DNA of 43,786 nt from an uncultured Clostridia bacterium. GTDB lineage: Bacteria; Bacillota; Clostridia; TANB77; CAG-508. The position numbers were made by a program, and so were the translations under genes. How positions within the stretch are numbered: the stretch's first letter is position 1; every line of letters begins with the position of its first letter. The stretch is from the NCBI GenBank assembly GCA_947628425.1, contig CANQZV010000002.1:1-43786 (forward strand), written 5' to 3'. Under the pieces are notes generated by a model. The model did not search any database and was not told where the DNA came from. It saw nothing but the letters and a program-made list of their open reading frames with translations. Shown piece by piece: positions 22,101-30,491 of this stretch.

Positions 22101-22844
22101 TTTAACTAATCCACTTTCATTTTTTCCTACTATTCCTCCAACATTTTTCATACCAAGTATTGTAACATCATTATTTATAATGCAATTTTCTATGGTTGCC
22201 TTATAATTATAACCTACAACTCCTCCTAGGGCTGAGTATGACACATTAATTGGAATATTTTCATCACTTAAATCTGTAGATATTTCTAAAATATCAGAAG
22301 TTAAATTATATGGTATATTAAAATGTGAGTCGGCAATTATAATATTTTTAATTGTACTATTAGCAGAGCCTTTAGTTACATATCCAAATAACCCTACATT
22401 TGTAATTTCTGAATATAGTTTATTATTTCTATTAAAATTAATCCCACTAATTGTGTAGTTTTGACCATCAAAACTTCCACTAAATGGTTTACCTTCTTTT
22501 CCTATTGGAATCCATTCTTGTGACACATCTACTCTAATATCATTTAATAAAACTACATTTTTTCCATCACAATTATTACCATCGTTTACATATTCAGCTA
22601 GTGCTCTTAATTGTGTTTCATTAGAAATATACAATGTCGTTTTACCAGATTTAAAATATTCTTCAATTTCTTTTTTGGTACTTCCTATTGTTCCATATAG
22701 TAGTTTGTCTAGCCAAGAACCTTCTAGGTTGCTATCATCTAAACTTGATGTTGCATATACGATTGGCGTTAATGTCATCATAAGCATTATTAAAATAGCA
22801 ATACCTTTCATTAAAATTTGGATTTTTTTGTTTGTGGATTTCAT
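16182..22844 (-). CDS. giant secreted modular protein: signal peptide, GLUG-type repeat region, at least 9 Ig-like modules, C-terminal dockerin-like domain
   Basis: 2220 aa uninterrupted. Signal peptide MKSTNKKIQILMKGIAILIMLMMTLTPIVYA. Repeated GG(I/V)(V/I/A)G motifs (ALGGVVGYN, VGGIVGKN, VGGIVGFN, AGGIIGNQ, AGGIVGRS, IGGIAGQL). Module boundaries D(T/K/Q)xxP recur nine times. C-terminal duplicated Ca-loop/helix. Confidence 0.85.
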   Translation of the reverse strand: MKSTNKKIQILMKGIAILIMLMMTLTPIVYATSSLDDSNLEGSWLDKLLYGTIGSTKKEIEEYFKSGKTTLYISNETQLRALAEYVNDGNNCDGKNVVLLNDIRVDVSQEWIPIGKEGKPFSGSFDGQNYTISGINFNRNNKLYSEITNVGLFGYVTKGSANSTIKNIIIADSHFNIPYNLTSDILEISTDLSDENIPINVSYSALGGVVGYNYKATIENCIINNDVTILGMKNVGGIVGKNESGLVKNCKNNGSINGFDSVGGIVGFNYGDESVNKSSTKLNFSGENVAKVTNSKNLGAIYSLYGTAGGIIGNQEHSSIVQACSNNAKISIATENISIYVSGQKYTLNPQNAGGIVGRSSASFTNDNTYYSIIDGCINNGEIIGYVDIGGIAGQLSGNSAGYDIMRSCINNSLNIKSTKEEAPEKEWGYLAGEVWGYIQDESSENAKGFMVNNFIKGKEDLTKDSEHTEIVKQSYGRLKESKYYESNTKVTSSDENIITFYPVMVESNITNKEEQIQEGLTVYVNNNTTTYNYNRSTDNFEMPDNEELKELFDTSTGTFVTYTIYKNNNKINGSAYYKEGDTIKITVKFNKYLAETYGPLTKITTAPTLTLNNEKEMTPGTINVSSSNYTTTIDYTYKVQAEDNMTITSLNLAKNGRIYAISDGEYSTNHPEITTSEISTNMKEMYIDTVKPTIYTKVYVKNALETGKYTTGKEILFEITTSEPITGKCVTPNIKVSFSKSGVGKYNYTKENESVGIAKCENAKINVDGTTTWTYKYQIQTGDEGEVQLEYISGVIADLAGNTTNIKDLYTPQDSNRGNVSGTSWNNNLGATYEFYKNSVAEENKVNSQTYFTKDDDLIVLVKFDKVLYVHYGLSDGKNTNVRLDNSNRDRAPSLYLNGSTAIKNTSIDEITVTNHVDTTETQEGKNGTTTITYRFDIDTYKINELTEIKSIDLKNENNTNTVQINGTTAATNGLIAFSEKWYDTYKSEDLNQYQTISDNAISSKTDIPDIILDPVGVSNNINQYEIYADTTLPTVQITAEKVDGENIYGITNNITNANTIRYTFTWSEEVVGFTTEDITVNNGTKGILSDGFQEIDGTYTYTMDVTTNIEKGNVGEIQVIIEQNACQDMVGHENVKAESTIRVDKQAPILISLEAYTNSNIQINEAVDTVKEYYKDGDKITIIATFNENIEDKTTIAPKLTLQFSESGNAKSKVSEGVIEGNKITYTYTVTSGDEGILTVKGFNGKVLDAAENETIVTKRTLDGDTIITDTTAPKLTGITAIAPNFEYDELLTNPKDIKRYGIQSKTRENNTIVIITTYSEDVFNLNSNILNGIDDNNKPILKLKFGNSDERTATFNKVEGNKIYYTYNITSGDNGDLANINITGNVYDKAGNNLNLTTSSTLPSLEEYEESIVKENKIERITADTTKPSFTITASAINKDENGNTIQSGNFYRKGSIITIIASTNEYSYKNNNKNLELFTNSTAPKLNIGFETNGTGTGECTNVEYKDNKTIFTYTYKVQENNNGELNLNIAENQCYDIALNGNNIKTQTVAEITADTVYPVTNWQSWIENEKYGIVDNQNGSWRVTFSEELYEYDINTHTVGSRLSNSNKSSAPILLVSSDNKTPLETVISNIEVIDNKTVITYTYNPYTKNLGAYGIKFASISDRAGNLFNYKDQEAPILSNIKVTDPVTGTYKAGQKITIVVTFNEKVTGTAPVLKLKFGETSAKGSVSTGEIVNNTITYTYTITDGDNGKLAIESYTGTGLTDLYDNVWVAPTNVTLEGNQITADTIAPTVVITSDVERTNKETITYTFTWSEPVKDFTIGDVEVANGSKGKWTSVSSTVYTLEVDVTGEGRQIIKVNANVCTDIAGNPNSERVTYNKVIVDTIAPEIRAKINGGSYAINTDTNKSTIKEIVVVNEELSKFEYVWSTETSQPTTGWQTVNVNTIEVNGDIPLTTQVDNEGTYYLYIKITDLAGNTLNKRTKGYEVNKSTITFAPNITQETEENVIVKVEYGNALIKNRKAGIQGKTQSADSTIVILSENGTVYAEATDIAGNKVYNTIEITNIKKSSQNDTNTDIDIVFEDLTTIQKNGEKYVKVSPEYTTQQLTEKINQKTLNGKTPEYNNLTTDNKLKTGSTITIDGTTKYIIIVNGDVNCDGKVEFLSDIVMINNYRIGQNRNLNTIQLLAGDINNSGAIEFIPDIVAMNNYRLGRVSVL
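16185..16379 (-). other. dockerin-like module (two EF-hand-like loop-helix repeats) at the C-terminus of the giant protein
   Basis: GDVNCDGKVEFLSDIVMINNYRIG ... GDINNSGAIEFIPDIVAMNNYRLG. This is an internally duplicated 22-24-residue segment with a D-x-N-x-(D/S)-G calcium-loop pattern. Confidence 0.6.
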
Positions 22845-22951
22845 AATTTAGATACCTCATCTTTCTTTTGAAATATAATTTCACTTAATTTTATTATAAA
22901 TCGTTTAGTTAAAAAATCAATACTGAAAATTTTACCAATTCTTTTTATTAC

Positions 22952-23001
22952 AAAAAAATTCGACAAAACTTTTTAGGGAAATAGTTTTATCGAATTTTTT
23001 T
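22952..23001. terminator. terminator downstream of the AI-2E transporter gene, upstream of the giant gene
   Basis: attcgacaaaact / agttttatcgaat arms (12/13 paired) flanked by an A-run and a T-run. Confidence 0.6.
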
Positions 23002-23084
23002 ATTTAAAATATTAAATTTATATTACAAAATTATAACAAAGTATATTATTATAATTTTAGTATACATTATTTTTTTTATGTTTA

Positions 23085-24212
23085 CTACTGTTGTAAATTT
23101 AAATCATTTTTATAATCAATATAGTCTTCTATTAACAATTTTAAAATTGTTATAATTGGTACTGCTAAGAACATTCCTAAAATACCAAAATATGCACCAG
23201 CAAAGGTTACAGAAAGAATAACTAAAATCGGACTTATTTTTAATCTATCGCTCATAATTTTTGGATTAATAATATTAGCATCTAATTGTTGTAATATAAT
23301 TACAATTACTGCTAACCATATTGCTTTGGAAATTCCGCCTGTACAGATTGTAATGAATATAGCAATACAAACTGCTATAATTGCTCCAAAGAATGGAATT
23401 AAATTAAATAAACCTATTAAAAATCCAAGTAATATAGCATATTTTACTTTAAGTATACTCATTGCAATAGAAGTAAGAACTCCTACTAAAATTGCATCGA
23501 TTAGTTGTCCAGATATAAAATGGAAGAATATTTCATTACTTTTTGTAAAGTATTTTGCTATTGTTAAATATTTTTTATTACCAAATATTGCAGAAGTTAA
23601 TCTTTTAAAGAAATTAACTATTCTTTCTCTTTCTGCTAATATATATATAGAAATAATAATTGTAACAAATATATCAAAAATTCCTGTAGCAAAACTCATT
23701 GCTCCCTTCAAATATTGAGTAATATATTCAGGCGTTAGATATTTTCCAAAATCTATAGAAGATAATTTTGAAAGAAGCTCTTTTGTATTTAATTTAATTA
23801 AAACAGAATCTTCTGGTAATTCGTTAATTGTTTTAGTAAGTCCACTATAATAGTCTGGCAAGTTATTAATTAAATCTTTTATACTAGTTAAAACTGGCGG
23901 TAATATACAGTTAATTAATATAATAATTAACATTAATACAATTAGATAAACAATAAAAATAGATAATGCTCTTCTCTTTTTTCTAATAAATTTAAATTTA
24001 CATTTATAAATTAAACTTTCTATTTTTTTACATGGTATGTATAAAATATATGCAATTAATGCTCCTATAACAAAAGGCATTAAAATCTCAAATAGGTTTT
24101 TAAAAAAGTTTCCTATAGCTGTAAAATTATCTAAAACTTTATATATTATAATTACTGCTATTGCAAAACTAAACCAATATAACCACTTTGTAATTTGATT
24201 TTTCTCTTTCAT
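23085..24212 (-). CDS. AI-2E (PerM/YdiK) family transporter
   Basis: 375 aa polytopic membrane protein. Layout and the C-terminal ...IPFFGAIIAV...LAVPI... region are typical of the family. Strong RBS AGGAGG. Confidence 0.8.
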   Translation of the reverse strand: MKEKNQITKWLYWFSFAIAVIIIYKVLDNFTAIGNFFKNLFEILMPFVIGALIAYILYIPCKKIESLIYKCKFKFIRKKRRALSIFIVYLIVLMLIIILINCILPPVLTSIKDLINNLPDYYSGLTKTINELPEDSVLIKLNTKELLSKLSSIDFGKYLTPEYITQYLKGAMSFATGIFDIFVTIIISIYILAERERIVNFFKRLTSAIFGNKKYLTIAKYFTKSNEIFFHFISGQLIDAILVGVLTSIAMSILKVKYAILLGFLIGLFNLIPFFGAIIAVCIAIFITICTGGISKAIWLAVIVIILQQLDANIINPKIMSDRLKISPILVILSVTFAGAYFGILGMFLAVPIITILKLLIEDYIDYKNDLNLQQ

Positions 24213-24242
24213 ATTAATTCCTCCTATTATGCATGTCTATAG

Positions 24243-24998
24243 TTATTCTATTATATCTAGTTCAATTGGACAGTGGTCACTTCCCATTACATCTGCATGT
24301 ATTTTGTTATCTGCTATTTTATTTTTAAGTCTTTTGGAAGTAATAAAGTAATCTATTCTCCAACCAATATTTTTACTTCTTGCTCCTCCCATATAAGACC
24401 ACCAAGTATAACAATCTGTTTTATTTGGATATAAATATCTAAATGTATCAATAAAATTATTACTTAATAATTGTGTCATTTTATTTCGTTCTTCGTCTGT
24501 AAAGCCTGCATTATGTCTATTCGCTTTTGGATTTTTTAAGTCTATTTCTTGATGCGCAACATTTAAATCTCCACATAAAATAACTGGTTTTTTCTTATCT
24601 AGTCTTATTAAATAATTTTTAAAATCATCTTCCCATAATTGCCTATATTCTAATCTTTCTAGTTCTCTTTTTGAGTTAGGAGTATAGCAATTCACCATAT
24701 AAAAATCTTTGAATTCTAGTGTAATTACTCTTCCCTCTTGATCATGTTCTTTTATTCCAATTCCATAGTTTACTGAAATAGGAATTTTTTTTGTAAGAAT
24801 TAAAGTTCCTGAATAACCTTTTTTTTCTGCGCAATTCCAATATTCATAATAACCAGGGAAATCAAAATCCGCTTGTTCTTTTTGCATTTTTGTTTCCTGA
24901 ATGCAAAATATATCTGCATCTATTTTATAAAAAAATTCTAGAAAACCCTTCTTTAATACTGCTCTTAATCCATTTACATTCCACGAAATTATTTTCAT
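24243..24998 (-). CDS. xth: exodeoxyribonuclease III
   Basis: [13 protein letters not shown]...FCIQETK...[12 protein letters not shown]...GFT.EER...SDHCPIELD are ExoIII/APE1-family motifs. Confidence 0.9.
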   Translation of the reverse strand: MKIISWNVNGLRAVLKKGFLEFFYKIDADIFCIQETKMQKEQADFDFPGYYEYWNCAEKKGYSGTLILTKKIPISVNYGIGIKEHDQEGRVITLEFKDFYMVNCYTPNSKRELERLEYRQLWEDDFKNYLIRLDKKKPVILCGDLNVAHQEIDLKNPKANRHNAGFTDEERNKMTQLLSNNFIDTFRYLYPNKTDCYTWWSYMGGARSKNIGWRIDYFITSKRLKNKIADNKIHADVMGSDHCPIELDIIE

Positions 24999-25141
24999 AA
25001 TTAATATTATTCCTTTCGCATTTTAAAAACGTTGCTTACTTTTTATTATACAGCATTTGGAAAATAAATGCAATAAAAGGCTTTCTTAGAATAGAAATTT
25101 TAAGAAACCATCAATTGCTTATGAAAAAAATAAAAATATAA

Positions 25142-25171
25142 AATGTTTTATCTTTTACATGATAAAACATT
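25142..25171 (-). terminator. rho-independent terminator of the G5/3D gene
   Basis: aatgttttatc / gataaaacatt stem followed by a T-rich tract on the minus strand. Confidence 0.6.
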
Positions 25172-25197
25172 CTATATTTTTATTATAATTTATATAT

Positions 25198-26226
25198 TTA
25201 TTTTACATATATATAACATTGTAGATTTCTTCTACCAAACTGTATACACTCATTATATGTGCTCATATAAATATCTAATCTACTGTTAGAAATTGCTCCA
25301 CCTCTATCTTGAACAACAAACCATCCACCATTTGGCTTATTCTTTAAAGCTGGAACATAAATAATTGTTCCCATTGGATAAGATTTCCCCGCTGCTACTG
25401 TATACCATGAAGATGCTTTTGCACCACTTGCAGTTATACCATATCCTTTGCTATTTTTACTTTTTCCACAGGTTGATGCTGTATATGCAGATGTATTTAA
25501 TGTTTTTATAATTGGTGTAATACCTTCTACTTTTTTTGCTATTGCATACTTACTTGATGCTTTACTTGCTACTGTTGTAGTTTCAGTATTATTTCTATTA
25601 GTAGTTTCTCCGCTTCTAGATGTAGTTTTTGTTACTTGAACAATTTTATTAACTGGTTTTTGAATAATTTTTTCTTTTACTACTGTTCTAGAAATTTCAA
25701 TGTCATTTTGATATTTAATTTTATAAGTAACCTTTTTTAAACCATTTTTTCCTTGTTGTATTACTTTGTTTGTTCTATCACTTGAAGAAGATGATGATGC
25801 ATTTTTAGTAATTGTTTCATAAGGGATTTCTTCTTCTTTTTCTTCTATTTTTTCGATAATTGTAGAATAATTTCCTAGTATCTGTTCTTTTGAAATTGAT
25901 GCTTCTTCATTTGCTAGTTGTATTATTTGCGAATTATCACTATTAATTTTTGAAATTACAATTGTGTTATTTTCTGTTAAATTGCTCTCTGTATTTGGAA
26001 ACGTAGTTTCATCTGGTAATACAATAATGTGATTTTCTTGTAATATATCCGCTATTTTTGTTTTTGTTGTTACAATATTCATCTCATAATTGTTAGAGAA
26101 AACTATTTTTACACTATTTAATTTTGAATTAAAGGCTCTTACTGCTATATTACAAGTAAAAATTAAAATAAGTGTTATTATTGTAATTTTTAATACTTGA
26201 AATGAAGCCTTTTCATTATTCTTCAT
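25198..26226 (-). CDS. cell-wall protein with DUF348-like, G5 and C-terminal 3D domains (YabE/RpfB-like)
   Basis: N-terminal anchor. G5-like segment (QQGKNGLKKVTYKIKYQNDIEISRTVVKEKIIQKPVNKIVQV). 3D domain (GITASGAKASSWYTVAAG..YPMGTIIYVP...VVQDRGGAI...LDIYM). Confidence 0.8.
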   Translation of the reverse strand: MKNNEKASFQVLKITIITLILIFTCNIAVRAFNSKLNSVKIVFSNNYEMNIVTTKTKIADILQENHIIVLPDETTFPNTESNLTENNTIVISKINSDNSQIIQLANEEASISKEQILGNYSTIIEKIEEKEEEIPYETITKNASSSSSSDRTNKVIQQGKNGLKKVTYKIKYQNDIEISRTVVKEKIIQKPVNKIVQVTKTTSRSGETTNRNNTETTTVASKASSKYAIAKKVEGITPIIKTLNTSAYTASTCGKSKNSKGYGITASGAKASSWYTVAAGKSYPMGTIIYVPALKNKPNGGWFVVQDRGGAISNSRLDIYMSTYNECIQFGRRNLQCYIYVK

Positions 26227-26441
26227 AAATTAAATTCCTCCTTAATGTACGATTGTATTATAACATTTTATACCAAATATGTCAAATTTTTTCTTTATAA
26301 TATATTATATTCGTATGTACAAGTTTTATTACATACTTTTTATATTAAATTGTAATTTGCTTAAGTAATTTTCAAAATATTTTGAACACATTTTTTTAAT
26401 ATTAAGCTCTTTAAGTCGAAAAAACTAATTATAAATTATTC

Positions 26442-26470
26442 TTGTAAATATTAATATTATGTGATATTAT
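26442..26470 (+). promoter_or_regulatory. candidate extended -10 sigma-A promoter of lemA-htpX (TTGTAA-17 nt-TGaTATTAT)
   Basis: Sequence match only, about 30 nt upstream of the lemA RBS. Confidence 0.35.
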
Positions 26471-26500
26471 ACAAATAATATTAATAAAGGAGGATTAATT

Positions 26501-27049
26501 ATGTGGTTATTAATTGTATTAATCGTTATAGTTGTAATACTTATTATGCTATATAATGGTTTGGTAACAGCAAGACAAAAAGTTAGAAATGCTTGGAGTC
26601 AAATTGATGTTCAATTACAAAGAAGATTCGATTTAATTCCAAATTTTATAGAAACAGTGAAAGGTTATATGACTCATGAAAAAGATACTTTGACAAAAGT
26701 AACAGAACTTAGAACATCTTGGGCAAATGCAAATACTGTTGAAGAAAAGGCTAACTTGAATAATCAATTATCAGATACCTTAAAAACAATTATGGCTGTA
26801 AGTGAAAATTATCCTGATTTAAAAGCTAATCAAAATTTTTTAGATTTACAAGAAGAACTAAGAAATACAGAAAATAAAATATCTTTTTCTAGACAATTTT
26901 ATAATGATACTGTTACTGTTTATAATACTAAATTAGAAGTATTTCCAAGTAATATTATAGCTAATATGTTCGCTTTTAAACCTGAAACACTATTTACTGC
27001 TGAAAGTGATGAAGCAAGAAAAAATGTAAAAGTAAATTTTAATAAGTAA
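26501..27049 (+). CDS. lemA: LemA family protein
   Basis: N-terminal TM helix then YNGLV..RQKV.NAWSQIDVQLQRR.DLIPN...VKGY..HE..TL..V...R and ...ENYPDLKAN..F..LQ.EL...EN.I...R..YN are classic LemA motifs. Confidence 0.85.
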   Translation: MWLLIVLIVIVVILIMLYNGLVTARQKVRNAWSQIDVQLQRRFDLIPNFIETVKGYMTHEKDTLTKVTELRTSWANANTVEEKANLNNQLSDTLKTIMAVSENYPDLKANQNFLDLQEELRNTENKISFSRQFYNDTVTVYNTKLEVFPSNIIANMFAFKPETLFTAESDEARKNVKVNFNK

Positions 27050-27069
27050 AATTTATATTACTATTTTAT

Positions 27070-27093
27070 GGAGCAGACAAAATAGTCTGCTCC
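27070..27093 (+). terminator. hairpin between lemA and htpX (weak or partial terminator)
   Basis: ggagcagac aaaata gtctgctcc. No clear U-tract follows, so read-through into htpX is likely. Confidence 0.4.
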
Positions 27094-27119
27094 TACAATT
27101 TTAATTAATGGAGGAAAAT

Positions 27120-27998
27120 ATGTTTGATGATATTAAAAAGAATAAAATTAAAACAGGTTTTATTATTTCTGTATTTATTTTATTAATTACATTAATTGTA
27201 TATTATATTTGTATGGCCTTTAGTTTAGGATCAGCATCTATTATAATTGCTTTTACAATTTCGGTTATCTCCGCATTTTTATCTTATTACAATTGCGATA
27301 AAATTATCCTTTCTATTAATAGTGCAAGACCTGCAAATATTGAAGAATATAGAAAACTTAATAATATTTTAGATTCATTAATGGTAAGTTCTGGGCTAGA
27401 GTATAGACCTAGATTATATGTTATGGATGACAATCAACCAAATGCTTTTGCAACAGGAAGAAATCCACAAAATTCTGTAATATGTGTTACAACTGCTTTG
27501 TTAGATAAGTTAAATTATTATGAATTAGAAGGTGTTCTTGCACATGAATTAAGCCATATTGCAAATTACGATATTCGTTTATCTGCTATTGTTACGGTTA
27601 TGGTTGGATTAATAGTTATGTTATCTGATATGTTTACTCGTTCTTTTATGTTTAGTAGAAGAGATAATGATAGACAAGATAGAGGCAATGTAATTTTAAT
27701 GATTATTGGTCTTATTTGTTTAATAATATCTCCAATATTTGCTAAATTATTACAGCTTGCTGTATCTCGTAGAAGAGAATATTTAGCAGATAGTACAGCA
27801 GTACTATTTACAAGAAATCCAGATGGCTTGATATCTGCACTAAAAAAAATTTCTTCTGATCCTAATGAATTAAATAATGCAAGTAATGCAACAGCACATA
27901 TGTATATTGTTAGTCCTTTTAGAAGAATAACTTCTAATTTATTTTCTACACATCCACCTATTGAAGATAGAATTGAAGCATTAAGAAATATAAAATGA
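27120..27998 (+). CDS. htpX: M48-family zinc metalloprotease HtpX homolog
   Basis: PNAFATGRNP...LEGVLAHELSHIANYD (HExxH), four TM segments, C-terminal STHPPIEDRIEAL. Start taken at the ATG after GGAGG; an in-frame ATG at 27108 is also possible. Confidence 0.85.
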   Translation: MFDDIKKNKIKTGFIISVFILLITLIVYYICMAFSLGSASIIIAFTISVISAFLSYYNCDKIILSINSARPANIEEYRKLNNILDSLMVSSGLEYRPRLYVMDDNQPNAFATGRNPQNSVICVTTALLDKLNYYELEGVLAHELSHIANYDIRLSAIVTVMVGLIVMLSDMFTRSFMFSRRDNDRQDRGNVILMIIGLICLIISPIFAKLLQLAVSRRREYLADSTAVLFTRNPDGLISALKKISSDPNELNNASNATAHMYIVSPFRRITSNLFSTHPPIEDRIEALRNIK

Positions 27999-28027
27999 GG
28001 TTGTCCTATTTTATTGGATAACCTCAT
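27995..28027. terminator. hairpin shared by convergent htpX and tatD; both stop codons lie in its arms
   Basis: atgaggttgtcc / ggataacctcat arms, 11/12 paired. Confidence 0.55.
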
Positions 28028-28833
28028 TTTATATTAAATATTTTTTTTGCATTATTATTCGTTATTTCTGCAATTTCTTCTATAGTTTTATTCTTAACTT
28101 CAGCTATTTTTTTTGCTATATATTTAACATTCATACAATTATTTCTTGTTCCTCTTACCGGTTCTGGTGCTAAATATGGACTATCGGTTTCTATTAATAA
28201 TTTTTCTTCTGGAACAATTTGTATTATTTCATCTGCATTTTTTGAATTTTTAAATGTAATTACTCCAGATAATGATATATAATAATTTAGTTTAAGTGCC
28301 TGTTTTACTAATTCTCTATTTAGTGGACAACAATGAAAAATTCCTTTTTTATTAACTTCATTTTCTTTTAATATTTCTAAAGTATCTGATACCGCTTCTC
28401 TTGTGTGTATAACTATAGGTAAATTTAGCTTATTTGCTAATTTTATTTGATTAATAAATATTTCTTTTTGTATTTTTTTATTTTCTTTATTCCAATAATA
28501 ATCTAAACCTATTTCACCAATCGCTACAATTTTATTTTCCGAATTTGTATTATTAAAATTGCTGTTGTAAATAATTTTTTCTAACTCTAATATTTTATTT
28601 TTTATATCTTCTTGCATGTTTATATCTTCCAAATCATTTGGAGATATACCAATAATTGCATATACTTCTTTATATTTTTTTGCTATTTCTATTGCTTTTA
28701 TTGAACTTTCTATATTATATCCTGCTACAATAAAATTAGAAACATTATTATTTAGGGTTTCATCTATAATTTTTTCTCTGTCTTTATCAAACTTTTCATC
28801 GTTGTAATGTGCATGTGAATCAAATAAATTCAT
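28024..28833 (-). CDS. tatD: TatD-family metal-dependent hydrolase/DNase
   Basis: LFDSHAHYNDEKF..., IGEIGLDYYW, VIHTREA, and ETDSPYLAP near the C-terminus. Confidence 0.85.
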   Translation of the reverse strand: MNLFDSHAHYNDEKFDKDREKIIDETLNNNVSNFIVAGYNIESSIKAIEIAKKYKEVYAIIGISPNDLEDINMQEDIKNKILELEKIIYNSNFNNTNSENKIVAIGEIGLDYYWNKENKKIQKEIFINQIKLANKLNLPIVIHTREAVSDTLEILKENEVNKKGIFHCCPLNRELVKQALKLNYYISLSGVITFKNSKNADEIIQIVPEEKLLIETDSPYLAPEPVRGTRNNCMNVKYIAKKIAEVKNKTIEEIAEITNNNAKKIFNIK

Positions 28834-28856
28834 TTTTATATAGTCCCTTTCAATAT

Positions 28857-29234
28857 TTATTTTTTTATTATAACAACATTTGCAATTGCATAATTCTTAC
28901 AATGAGATATACTAATATCTATATCTTCTATTTTTTCTTGTATATTTGTATTTATAAATTTAATGTATGGTTTTCCATTTTGATCATTCAAAATTTCTGC
29001 ATTCTGCCACGAGATTTCAAATTTTTCTTTTAATAATTTTGAAATAGCTTTGAAAATTGCCTCTTTTGCAGCAAATCTTGCAGCATAATGTTGATATTTT
29101 GCTTTTTTTTTGCTTTCACAATATAAAATTTCATTAGTTGTATATATTTCTTTTACAAATTTTTCTCCTAAATTTTCAATTGATTCTTTTATTCTATTTA
29201 TTTCTATAATATCCGTTCCTGTTAATATATTCAC
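28857..29234 (-). CDS. acpS: holo-[acyl-carrier-protein] synthase
   Basis: GTG start after AAAGGAG. GTDIIEINRI...FAAKEAIFKA...ISISHCKNYAIA is typical of AcpS. Confidence 0.85.
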   Translation of the reverse strand: MNILTGTDIIEINRIKESIENLGEKFVKEIYTTNEILYCESKKKAKYQHYAARFAAKEAIFKAISKLLKEKFEISWQNAEILNDQNGKPYIKFINTNIQEKIEDIDISISHCKNYAIANVVIIKK

Positions 29235-29245
29235 TTTTTCTCCTT

Positions 29246-30475
29246 TTAAAATTGCATGCTACATAAGTTTGCTATACCAAATATTAATGCTATTACCATT
29301 AATATTATTAATATTTTGTTCTGTCTAATTTTCTTTTCAATTTTTATTTCTTTATAAAAAGTATCGTATTTACTTTTTACTTCCTGATAAAGTTCTTGTA
29401 AATTTAACTTTTCTTTATATCTAGCATATATTTTTTGCCCTAAGCCTTCTGTTGTTACTTCATTAATCCATTCTTGTTTTGTGAATTTAATAAATTTTTT
29501 TATTGTTTCTGAATTATTTTTTCCGCTATTAAATTCTCTACTTAGTTTTTTTAAGTAATATCTTTGCTGTAAGATAATTAAGTATGTGTATAAATATTGT
29601 CTTTCATAATAATTTGGAATTTGTGTATAGTTATTCACATCTGTGGATGAACATATTAGAAAACTTCCTTTGTTGTTAATTCTTAATTTCATATAACTAG
29701 AATTTGTTATCATTGTTAATTTATCATAATCTACATTTACACTAGCATTACTTGGTAATATATTTGACATTTTTATAAATTCGTTCTTTATATTTTCAAA
29801 ATTACAATCTTTATTCCAATAATTTGAATCTATACATGCATACGAATAAGTTAAAAATAAATTTTCGTCTATATCTAGCTCCTTACTATTTACTTTTTTT
29901 CCTGTTATTTGAGTGATTATTTCTGAAATTTTTTTAATATTACTAAATGCATTTGTTTGAATTTTTATATTATCTAATTTTGTTAAACTTTTACTTTCTA
30001 AGTTTATATTTCCAAATTTATAATTAAAATTAAGTAAATCTGAAAATTTATCTGTTTCTTCTATGTGAGTTTTTAACAGTAAGAAACAAATGCCATTTTT
30101 AAAACATACTAATTCTATTTTTAATATCTTGAAAAAAATTCCATCTTTTTCTTCTATTTTTCCTTGTAATTCTTCTTTTAAATTGTATTCAAACATGATA
30201 CAATTTTTTTCAGAAAGTATATGATATTGATTATTTTTACTCATTTTATAGAATGCACTTATTTTTTCTTTTGAAAAAGTGAAATTATAAAAAATACTTT
30301 CTCTTATACTCGGTATAAAATAATTGTATAAGTCAATATCTTTAAAACTATCAAAAAATTTTAAATTATAATTTGTATTTTTTAACATATTTATAATATA
30401 TTGTTTGTATTTTTGTTGCTTGATTGCAAATGGATATATAAAATATGTATATTGATAATTTATCTTTAGTTCCAC
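29246..30475 (-). CDS. hypothetical tail-anchored protein (single C-terminal TM helix)
   Basis: 409 aa, GTG start after GAAGGGA. Large soluble domain then KILIILMVIALIFGIANLC at the extreme C-terminus. No family recognised. Gaps of 11 and 16 nt to its neighbours. Confidence 0.55.
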   Translation of the reverse strand: MELKINYQYTYFIYPFAIKQQKYKQYIINMLKNTNYNLKFFDSFKDIDLYNYFIPSIRESIFYNFTFSKEKISAFYKMSKNNQYHILSEKNCIMFEYNLKEELQGKIEEKDGIFFKILKIELVCFKNGICFLLLKTHIEETDKFSDLLNFNYKFGNINLESKSLTKLDNIKIQTNAFSNIKKISEIITQITGKKVNSKELDIDENLFLTYSYACIDSNYWNKDCNFENIKNEFIKMSNILPSNASVNVDYDKLTMITNSSYMKLRINNKGSFLICSSTDVNNYTQIPNYYERQYLYTYLIILQQRYYLKKLSREFNSGKNNSETIKKFIKFTKQEWINEVTTEGLGQKIYARYKEKLNLQELYQEVKSKYDTFYKEIKIEKKIRQNKILIILMVIALIFGIANLCSMQF

Positions 30476-30491
30476 TTTTTTTCCCTTCTTT

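Noticed and set aside
26227-26500. c-di-AMP (ydaO-type) riboswitch upstream of the G5/3D cell-wall gene, a common association.
   Set aside because: The leader is uniformly AT-rich with no GC-containing conserved helices. Nothing resembles the riboswitch core.
27566-28027. 153-aa minus-strand ORF overlapping the 3' half of htpX.
   Set aside because: It is antisense to a well-supported M48 protease gene, has no RBS and no recognisable motifs. tatD, on the same strand, begins and ends independently.
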